NCBI GenBank assembly: GCA_041656315.1
Contig: JBBADT010000007.1
Location: 561 to 64,560 of the forward strand
Direction: 5' to 3'
DNA length: 64,000 nucleotides
From: Advenella sp.
GTDB taxonomy: Bacteria > Pseudomonadota > Gammaproteobacteria > Burkholderiales > Burkholderiaceae_B
The notes below the pieces were generated by a model. That model saw nothing but the letters and a program-made list of their open reading frames with translations. It searched no databases and was not told the DNA's origin. This document shows positions 20,916-28,988 of the stretch, one piece after another. How positions within the stretch are numbered: position 1 is the stretch's first letter; every line of letters starts with the position of its first letter. A program made the position numbers and the translations under genes.

Positions 20916-23390
20916 TTAACCAACCACAGCCTCAGGATAAACCGTTTCAAGCTCACTAAATATCCGAGCCTTTTCCAATTTGCCCAATGTTGTCAATTTC
21001 ATCGTAGCACGATACGGACTATTTTTAATTCCATCAACATGAGACTTTAAATATAACGGTTTACCTAACTCGAACAAATAATACAATTCATCTTTGGACT
21101 CCAGCTTTCCCGCTTGATCCATATTAATTTCTGAGCGAGGAAGAAGACCCACTTTTTTTACAGGCCAAAGTTTGCTAATTTTTTTAAAACCGGGATTTGT
21201 TTCAGGTATATCGGCTAATGCCAAATACAAAATTTCATTAACAATATGTCGTTTATATTCACTCAAGAACGTCTTCTCAGGAAGGTGAAACCATTTAGCA
21301 GTACCATTTTCAAAAGCCTCAAAATACTCTTTTGCTCTACCTTCATCCCCGCCCAATGCTGCTGTCATAATCAAGTCCGGATAAAGTGACTGCTGCATGC
21401 CAGAATAAGGTATTCTGGCAGCTTCCTGCATATATAACTGGTCAGACAAAGCCTCTAGGTCATAATCCCCTTCCGAGACGGGATCACCCCCAATCTGCTC
21501 TTTCAAAAACCCCAAAAGCCACGCGTACCCTTCACTGCTTCCTGTCATGCTTGGCAGTAAAGCAAACGCGCCAATGCCAATTTGGTTTATAGCCTCTTGA
21601 TAAGGATTATTATTTTTTACCTGATCAAAATAGCCAGGATAAAGCGCAAAAGCACCAAACACAGGACGGCTCTTTTGATCTTTGGAAATACGAATCAATG
21701 CATCTCGATAACGGTGCATCTGGTTAATTGCATCATCTGGCACAAAATCACATTTACTAACATCATTTTTATCAGATAAACCTTGCTCGGTCTTAATGCG
21801 GTACTTCGCATCAAATAACCATACAAAGCTTTTTTTAGTCGGTTGCGGAAAAGTAACCTCTAAAACAATATCCGGTTCTTGATTGACTACAAAACTACGA
21901 ATATTATCACTGGTTTTGGTAAATATAGGTTCATGCACTAACCTTGCCTTTACACCATCAATGCGCAAAAACTCAAAAGCACCGGCAAAATCATCTTTTA
22001 ATCGATACTCAAAAAGAGTATTAAGCTTTAAAGACTGTTTTTTTGAATGAACCACTTTAAAGCCCAAGTGTTCTTCCAAAATTTGCTTGATTGTCAGAAA
22101 ACACCAGATTTCATAAATTTCAGCAACGGATTTCATTGAAATTTCATTCTGGCTGGCAAAAGCATCTAAATAAAACTTTAATTCATTCCAAACTTTATAT
22201 ACTGCGCTATACCCTGTTTTTTGCTGCAAAACCAATGATTCACTATTCAATCCCGAAAAATCACCAACCTCTTTAAAAAAACCTTGCCCAAGCATTTTTT
22301 TTAAAGGTTGTTGCCATTGGCCCAACTCAGCAAGAAAAGCATCGGAAACTCGCTGCGTTCCATCTGTTTTTTTGTTGTGTTTTTGAATATTACGCTCAAA
22401 TCTAGCTAAGTTATTCTTACAACCCAAAACCACTTTTTTAATAAAACGGTTCTCAGGCGTATCTACATCAAGTTTTTTCTTTCCAACCCTGTAACGCCTG
22501 TCATATTGGCCATTAGCCAAATCTTCTTTAACCTTGACACCCAATTTATAAGGCAATCGCCCTTTCAGCCTATCCGCCCGAACATGCCTTTCATGGGTTA
22601 ACAAACGGCTATGTGGAGCCTGGGCAATAATTTTTAATCCCTGTTCGAAACGACTCCTTAGTTGTGCAAAATTTGCCAGCCACATAAGCGGAAAATTACC
22701 ACGATGCGTGCTTTTTGAAGTATCTTGTCCGGTTTTCCCTACCAGGCTAAAACGCCAAAGTGGAAATACATTATCAATAGCTCGATACATGGCTGGCAAA
22801 TCCTGGTATAAATCCATCTTGGTTGGTAAAACCTCAAAGGAAATATTAACCTTCTTAATTTGCCCATCTACCACATACTCCAGCGGCAAACTCATCCAAC
22901 CAACATCATTGCCTGTATTGACAATACCAATAAACCTGGCAAATTTCGAACCTTTGCTTGAGTTTGCTGCCCTGAAACCAAACCCTTCGTTTAACAACTC
23001 ACTCCGGTGAGTCAAACGGGCACTTTCAACATTATTAAAAAAAACCCACTCAAACTGATACTGCATATTTTCAAAAAACAAAGGCTCATCCAAAATAAGC
23101 TTTTGTTTTTGACCTTCAGTACATAGAATATGAAGACCTTTTAAACGAACCGGCTCTTCAATAAAAAGATCAGGTGAAAACCTAATAACAAATTTTCTAC
23201 CAAAACCGTCTGCCGAAAGGGTGCTGGCAGCAAGATCAAGTTGCTGTTGCTCACCTAAATCCAAACTGGAGCAAGCTATTTGGCCACGTTTGAAAAGCGT
23301 CTTCAAGTAAGCTTGTTTGCGTTTATCAATATCATTACAGCAAACAGTAAATTCAAACTGTTCAGTTTGCAAATTCAAGAATTCCTGCAT
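20916..23390 (-). CDS. McrC-like restriction nuclease subunit (DUF2357 + PD-(D/E)xK) with extra N- and C-terminal domains
   Basis: DTPENRFIK, YEIWCF, catalytic EPDIVL...FDAKYR, AINQMHRYRDA, ALYPG; directly downstream of the McrB-like gene. Start set at ATG 23390 (AGGAAG RBS) to avoid overlap. Confidence 0.85.
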   Translation of the reverse strand: MQEFLNLQTEQFEFTVCCNDIDKRKQAYLKTLFKRGQIACSSLDLGEQQQLDLAASTLSADGFGRKFVIRFSPDLFIEEPVRLKGLHILCTEGQKQKLILDEPLFFENMQYQFEWVFFNNVESARLTHRSELLNEGFGFRAANSSKGSKFARFIGIVNTGNDVGWMSLPLEYVVDGQIKKVNISFEVLPTKMDLYQDLPAMYRAIDNVFPLWRFSLVGKTGQDTSKSTHRGNFPLMWLANFAQLRSRFEQGLKIIAQAPHSRLLTHERHVRADRLKGRLPYKLGVKVKEDLANGQYDRRYRVGKKKLDVDTPENRFIKKVVLGCKNNLARFERNIQKHNKKTDGTQRVSDAFLAELGQWQQPLKKMLGQGFFKEVGDFSGLNSESLVLQQKTGYSAVYKVWNELKFYLDAFASQNEISMKSVAEIYEIWCFLTIKQILEEHLGFKVVHSKKQSLKLNTLFEYRLKDDFAGAFEFLRIDGVKARLVHEPIFTKTSDNIRSFVVNQEPDIVLEVTFPQPTKKSFVWLFDAKYRIKTEQGLSDKNDVSKCDFVPDDAINQMHRYRDALIRISKDQKSRPVFGAFALYPGYFDQVKNNNPYQEAINQIGIGAFALLPSMTGSSEGYAWLLGFLKEQIGGDPVSEGDYDLEALSDQLYMQEAARIPYSGMQQSLYPDLIMTAALGGDEGRAKEYFEAFENGTAKWFHLPEKTFLSEYKRHIVNEILYLALADIPETNPGFKKISKLWPVKKVGLLPRSEINMDQAGKLESKDELYYLFELGKPLYLKSHVDGIKNSPYRATMKLTTLGKLEKARIFSELETVYPEAVVG

Positions 23391-23416
23391 CCATCTTCCT
23401 CTTGGCAAGACAACAA

Positions 23417-25354
23417 TTATGGCCAGAAACTGGTAAAGCCTGAATTTTCCAAACGCTTTTTCATCCATTCAAGTTTTATCTTGCTACGACAGGGAATACG
23501 GATCACTTCATCTGAACCATCTGCTTTTTCTCGGTATAAATCAGGTCTCGCACCAGCATCACCATTTGATTTTTCCCAAATATCGTCAAACTTACCTTTT
23601 AAATAAGTAATTAGATTATCCAAAATGGAAACATCATCACTAAAAGCCTCTCCACCCAATTTATCTGAGTCACCTTCAATACGTGGCAATACCTTGCACA
23701 TTAAGAAATCATCCCAGACCGCACAAAGCTCAAGTTGATCTTGCGGATTATGATAAATAACAGCCAGTAACAGTTCATTCAACGCCCGGTAAGCCAGTTT
23801 AAATGGTGTACCATCAAGTATCTTATTAATCGCATTTAAAAACGCAATGGATTTATGCCCATCCGTATCGAAAGTGCCAGATAAGTTTTTATGATTTGCA
23901 TGCGACAAAACAGGATAAGAAAGAATCTTGTTTTGAATTTTTGGTTCAAAAAATTCTTCAAAATTGTTAGGGAAAAATTCACCAAAATCAAAACTCAACG
24001 CGCGGTCAATCACTTTACGTGAAAAACCGTGTGTAGTTTCATCCATGTTTACCGTACCTGCCACAATCAGATTAAAGGGAATACCTAAACCGTATTGACA
24101 AAACAGTTCCCAAGCCTTGTCATATTTACTTTCATTAAAGCCAAGGGCATCACGTAATTTACTCCTGTCTTCCACTTGTTGAATTGTTGCGGCTTTTAAC
24201 AAAGGATCGCACAAATAAGAGAAAGAATCACCCTCACAGATCCACTCTCTGGTTTCAATAATAGACAAATAATCAGAGAAATACTGTTCCACAGGTGCCA
24301 GATTCATCTCATCTAAGCAAAGCCAATAAGGCATCACATTAGCCAACGCATCTTCTAGACCTGTTACGGCAAGGCAGTCACCATGCTTACCAGAACTTCG
24401 CTCTTCAATTTCCAAGCCTGAGTCCAAAATAGCTCGCCAAGCTTTGGCCATAAACTGTAAAACATCTGTCGCAATATACTCCGCATCACCATTTAAACGT
24501 GAAACATAACCCAACAAATCACTCGGTTCATGCCAGTCTGGCCGTACAGGAGTCAAACAATAATTCTCATTTAATGAACCTATTGCTACGGCCTGATCAC
24601 GTACAAAACGTGTTTTACCTGTACCGGAAATACCTGCCAAAAGAAGAAAAGGTTTAGAGATAATTAATTTATCTGTTTTTTTAATAATGCGATATGCTAA
24701 ATCAACCTCTGGAGATAGATTAAATTTATCGACAGGATCAAATTCAAAAATTGATATTATTTTTTTTATTTCAAGACTTGAGTACAATGTCTGTGAGAAT
24801 GGAGCAGCACTTAAATCACCTGCTCTTTTCTTAACAAAAGAACCATCAAACTTGATTGTTAAACCGTCTTTGATTTCTGCAAATTCAGACAGAATTTGCT
24901 CATGATTTATCGGTGTTATTTCAGTAAAATCATCTTTACTTAAATCATTTAAAAACAACCCATTTAAAATATATTCAGGAATATTTTTATTTAAAAGATA
25001 AAGAATATCATCATAATTTTTACGCCAAAACAAAGAATGCAAAATACATTTTAAAGAAATTTTTTTATCTTTTAAAAAAAATCTCCTTGCTTGCTCCAAC
25101 CAATCTTTTGTTAGCAAACAAAACCAATATTTTTTATTTTCATTACTTTGGTTTTTATTCTCTGCCAAATAAAAAGCATCATCAGCCAATTCTGAGAAAA
25201 GCTTCATATCTGCTTTCAAAGAAAAACCATTTTTTTTACTTTCAACAACGCAAAATAAAAACAAGACCAATCCAAGAAATGTTTCTGGTTTACTAACATT
25301 ATTTGAGATATGGTTTCTTGCCTCAAGCAATTTTGGCAAAGACAAATAACCCAT
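23417..25354 (-). CDS. McrB-like AAA+ GTPase with an unrecognised ~230-aa N-terminal domain
   Basis: Walker A GISGTGKT, PVRPDW...LLGY, Walker B CLDEMNLA, McrB signature variant GTVNMDETT, FSRKVIDRA, KVLPRIEG. Confidence 0.88.
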   Translation of the reverse strand: MGYLSLPKLLEARNHISNNVSKPETFLGLVLFLFCVVESKKNGFSLKADMKLFSELADDAFYLAENKNQSNENKKYWFCLLTKDWLEQARRFFLKDKKISLKCILHSLFWRKNYDDILYLLNKNIPEYILNGLFLNDLSKDDFTEITPINHEQILSEFAEIKDGLTIKFDGSFVKKRAGDLSAAPFSQTLYSSLEIKKIISIFEFDPVDKFNLSPEVDLAYRIIKKTDKLIISKPFLLLAGISGTGKTRFVRDQAVAIGSLNENYCLTPVRPDWHEPSDLLGYVSRLNGDAEYIATDVLQFMAKAWRAILDSGLEIEERSSGKHGDCLAVTGLEDALANVMPYWLCLDEMNLAPVEQYFSDYLSIIETREWICEGDSFSYLCDPLLKAATIQQVEDRSKLRDALGFNESKYDKAWELFCQYGLGIPFNLIVAGTVNMDETTHGFSRKVIDRALSFDFGEFFPNNFEEFFEPKIQNKILSYPVLSHANHKNLSGTFDTDGHKSIAFLNAINKILDGTPFKLAYRALNELLLAVIYHNPQDQLELCAVWDDFLMCKVLPRIEGDSDKLGGEAFSDDVSILDNLITYLKGKFDDIWEKSNGDAGARPDLYREKADGSDEVIRIPCRSKIKLEWMKKRLENSGFTSFWP

Positions 25355-25357
25355 CGA

Positions 25358-26659
25358 TTAAATTCCTTTCGTTTCTTTTATTTTTTCAATTATGGCTTTA
25401 ATAACACTAACAGTAACAGAATTACCTAACTGTTTATATGCTTGCGCCTTTGACACTCTAAATTCAAATTCCTCTGGAAATCCTTGAAGCCTTAACGATT
25501 CCTTAACTGATAACTTTCGCTTTAAATCCCAAACTTTGGGGACTCTGTTAGCAATAATGGTAGGAGCATATGTATCTAAACACGCATAAAATGCTTCTTG
25601 AATCTGTGTTTTAGCGAAATCACCCACGTGAAATCTTAAGGAACCATCACTCTTAAGAAAAGAATAGACACCATGACGCCCTTTTTTTGTGTGAGGCTCA
25701 TACATTGAATTATCGTGTTTCACCCTCTCAGTTTCATGATAATTTTCAAAATGATATTTAATTCTTCGCATTTCAAAATCAGTAAGCGACAAGCTTGGAT
25801 CATTTTCATCCAAGTCTACAATACTCCTTAAGACTGTTGTTTTATCATTATTATTAGGAAACGAAAATTCTTTTATCCCTAAATCTTTTCTAATAGCCAC
25901 ACAATACCACCGTTCCCTGTACTGAGGAACACCATAATCATAACTATTCAACACAGTCCAAAAAGTTTCATACCCTGCCTCATCCAATGCTTTTAAAGCA
26001 ATAAACATTGTATTACCTTTATCATGTGACTTAAATCCCTTCACATTTTCTAAAAGAGCAAATTTTGGTTTTTTGCTTTCTAAAATTCTTAATACATCAA
26101 AAAACAATGTCCCTCTAGTTTTGTCCTCAAATCCTTCGCAACGACCTGAATAACTAAAGGGCTGGCAAGGAAATCCAGCTAATAACAAATCATGATCAGG
26201 TATAAAATCCTGTTGTATCTTTGTAATATCCCCAAAAGGATGTTCACCATGATTTAATGAATACGTATCTTGGGCAAAAGTATCAAAATCAGATGAAAAA
26301 ACACACACTCCACCGTTAGCCTGTGCTCCCAATCTGACACCACCAATTCCCGCGAACAAATCTATAAATCGGAATGATGCACTCTTAACTGGTTTAAGCC
26401 TTAAAGACCCAAAAACCTCATCAAAAAACTGATTCCGATTTTTGTACAATTTATTTTTTTTCAATAATGACAATACAGAAGATTTAAGCTCTGTGCGATC
26501 ACTCAGTAAAGGGTTGCAATAAAAATCATTATCCGCAGCCAGGGCATGCACCCATTGATCAACAACCGCTTTTGTTTGAGTACCCTCAGGTACATGCGGT
26601 AACACTAAAGGCTCAAGCAACTCCTCAGCCTTTTGTAATACGTTTATTTCACTTTGCAT
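25358..26659 (-). CDS. DNA (cytosine-5)-methyltransferase
   Basis: Motif I FIDLFAGIGG, IV GFPCQPFS, VI ENVKG, VIII PQYRER, IX RLQGFP, X YKQLGNSV. Confidence 0.96.
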   Translation of the reverse strand: MQSEINVLQKAEELLEPLVLPHVPEGTQTKAVVDQWVHALAADNDFYCNPLLSDRTELKSSVLSLLKKNKLYKNRNQFFDEVFGSLRLKPVKSASFRFIDLFAGIGGVRLGAQANGGVCVFSSDFDTFAQDTYSLNHGEHPFGDITKIQQDFIPDHDLLLAGFPCQPFSYSGRCEGFEDKTRGTLFFDVLRILESKKPKFALLENVKGFKSHDKGNTMFIALKALDEAGYETFWTVLNSYDYGVPQYRERWYCVAIRKDLGIKEFSFPNNNDKTTVLRSIVDLDENDPSLSLTDFEMRRIKYHFENYHETERVKHDNSMYEPHTKKGRHGVYSFLKSDGSLRFHVGDFAKTQIQEAFYACLDTYAPTIIANRVPKVWDLKRKLSVKESLRLQGFPEEFEFRVSKAQAYKQLGNSVTVSVIKAIIEKIKETKGI

Positions 26660-27065
26660 TATTAACTACTAAAATCCCAAACATTTAACTTTAAAAATAT
26701 TTCTGTGATTGTTTTACAAGCAACCAATTTATTGTTTCGTTATAATTTCAACGCACAAAAAAATGTTGATTTTTTTACTAAAAAACACCTGCCTTAAATC
26801 GGTTTTTATTTAACTTTCTTATTTGTTAAAATTTTGCAGTAATCGCGTACGACAAACCTGTCTTGAAAAAAAATAAAAACCGACAATTCTGGCATAGACA
26901 CCTATCCTTTTAAGCCAATACCTAACCTATTATTTATACTGTTGACATAGCACAATTTCACGCAACATTAATGTCAAAAAATCATAAAACTCATCAACTA
27001 CATATCTTATCAGTATGCAACAAATCAAAGATATTTTTTGACCGACATAAAAATATTAACACGAA

Positions 27066-27085
27066 TACTGTTTATTTGACCAGTA
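27066..27085. promoter_or_regulatory. LexA (SOS) box-like palindrome
   Basis: TACTG-TTTATTTGAC-CAGTA fits TACTG-N10-CAGTA; it lies in the intergenic region upstream of the methyltransferase operon. Confidence 0.5.
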
Positions 27086-27154
27086 TTGGATAGTACAACT
27101 ACCTTACACTATCATTCACTGAGAGATTTCATTCATCTATATTTAGCAGCTACC

Positions 27155-27931
27155 TTAACCCCGCCCCACAAACGGCATCTTGGTTGCCATGATCGTCACA
27201 AACTGCACGTTGGTTTCCAACGGGAAATCGGCCATGGTCCGTACGGTTTGTGCCACATGGGCCACATCCATAATCGGTTCAGCCATGATTTCACCATTGG
27301 CCTGCAAAATGCCTTTTTTCATTCTTTCAGTCATATCGGTACCAGCATTGCCTATATCAATCTGGCCGCAAGCAATATTGTAGGCACGGCCATCCAGGGA
27401 AATGGTTTTGGTCAGGCCGGTAACGGCATGTTTGGTGGCTGTATAAGCGATAGACATGGGGCGTGGTGCCGTGGCCGAGATAGAACCGTTATTAATAATA
27501 CGCCCTCCTTGGGGACTTTGATGTCGCATCACATGAAAAGCGGCCTGGGCGCACAGGAACATGCCTGTCAGGTTCACATCCACAATGTCACGCCATTCCT
27601 GGGTAGAAAACTCGTCAATGGGTACCGCCGTACCGCTTTTGCCGGCGTTATTGAATAACACATCCACCCGGCCATATTCGCGCTGGGTTTGTTCAAACAA
27701 GGCTTTTACTTCGTTTTCTTTAGTCACGTCGGTGGGGACTACCAAAGCCCTTACCGCATCCAGTCCGGCAGCGGTACGTGTTTGCTCCAGGACTTCCTGC
27801 CGTCTTCCTGCCAACACCACCCGGTAACCCGCACTTAACAATTCCAGCGCTACCGCCCTGCCAATACCCGAGCCAGCCCCTGTTACAACCGCCACTTTAT
27901 GGTTTGAAATGTTCATTGTTATATTCTCCAT
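27155..27931 (-). CDS. SDR-family NAD(P)-dependent oxidoreductase
   Basis: [22 protein letters not shown]. Confidence 0.92.
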   Translation of the reverse strand: MENITMNISNHKVAVVTGAGSGIGRAVALELLSAGYRVVLAGRRQEVLEQTRTAAGLDAVRALVVPTDVTKENEVKALFEQTQREYGRVDVLFNNAGKSGTAVPIDEFSTQEWRDIVDVNLTGMFLCAQAAFHVMRHQSPQGGRIINNGSISATAPRPMSIAYTATKHAVTGLTKTISLDGRAYNIACGQIDIGNAGTDMTERMKKGILQANGEIMAEPIMDVAHVAQTVRTMADFPLETNVQFVTIMATKMPFVGRG

Positions 27932-28075
27932 TACGTTTTACCTAGCAATGCTACCAAGAATGGGGCTTGATGGCACCACTTGCTGATGTTTAGCGCGGAC
28001 TTTTTTGCTGTTTATTGTAAATTGTGCTTAATTTTTTGTTATCCTTGCTACTTGTAAAAAAATGGACTCGTCAGC

Positions 28076-28714
28076 ATGAAGAAATATCCCGGTAATGTAT
28101 TTATGATTGTCGCTCCCAGCGGTGCCGGAAAATCCAGTCTGGTCAATGCCCTGCTGAAAAATGATACTGATATTGAACTCTCTGTTTCCTGCACTACCCG
28201 TCCACCCAGGCCGGGCGAGGAAAACGGGCGTGAATACCATTTCATTAGCCTGGAAGAATTCCAGGCTCTGAAAGAAAACAATGATTTACTGGAATGGGCA
28301 GAGGTACATGGCAATTACTATGGCACGCCCAAAACTTTCATTAAGCAAGCCGTTGCTGCAGGCAAAGATGTTTTGCTGGAAATTGATTGGCAAGGCGCCC
28401 GTCAGGTAAGACAGCAGTTTGCCGATGTGACCGATATCTTTATTTTGCCACCTTCCATTGAAGAGCTACGGATCAGGCTAACCCGTCGCGGACAAGACAA
28501 ACCAGACGTGATCGCCCGCCGCCTATTAGCAGCCGGGGGCGAAATTGCGCACGCTCCAGAGTGTGAATATGTTATTATTAACAATGATTTCGAAGTCGCA
28601 CTTCATGAGCTGAAGCAAATTATTGCTACGGCTCGTTTGCGCTATACAGCACAAGCAGCAAGACACGAAAAGCTATTCGCCGATCTGGGCATTTCAAATG
28701 CTTCTTCCCAGTAG
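28076..28714 (+). CDS. gmk: Guanylate kinase
   Basis: [31 protein letters not shown]. Confidence 0.97.
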   Translation: MKKYPGNVFMIVAPSGAGKSSLVNALLKNDTDIELSVSCTTRPPRPGEENGREYHFISLEEFQALKENNDLLEWAEVHGNYYGTPKTFIKQAVAAGKDVLLEIDWQGARQVRQQFADVTDIFILPPSIEELRIRLTRRGQDKPDVIARRLLAAGGEIAHAPECEYVIINNDFEVALHELKQIIATARLRYTAQAARHEKLFADLGISNASSQ

Positions 28715-28753
28715 GCCCACTATCATTTTTTCCAATATTTTTCAGGTTATCAA

Positions 28754-28960
28754 ATGGCACGAATTACCGTTGAAGACTGTTTAAAACAAATTCCAAACCG
28801 CTTTAGCCTGACGCTGGCGGCCACTTACCGTGCACGCGAACTGGCACAGGGTCATGAGCCCCGCCTTGAAAGCAACAAAGACAAACCCACTGTCCTTGCA
28901 TTGCGTGAAGTTGCAAGCGGTGTAACCGGCCTTGAAATGTTGCGTAAAGTACCTACCTGA
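28754..28960 (+). CDS. rpoZ: RNA polymerase omega subunit
   Basis: [27 protein letters not shown]. Confidence 0.97.
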   Translation: MARITVEDCLKQIPNRFSLTLAATYRARELAQGHEPRLESNKDKPTVLALREVASGVTGLEMLRKVPT

Positions 28961-28988
28961 ATCAATAATCGGCAAGGATTAATACACT

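Noticed and set aside
23417..25354. CoCoNuT-type (coiled-coil McrB) system
   Set aside because: No long coiled-coil region, helicase or associated effector genes are evident.
26806..26895. 29-codon - strand ORF (MPELSVFIFFQDRF...) with a plausible RBS upstream of the MTase
   Set aside because: Too short, and no HTH or C-protein features; cannot be supported without homologues.
27086..27658. 190-aa + strand ORF just after the SOS-like box
   Set aside because: Mostly antisense to the SDR gene, TTG start, no RBS or motifs.
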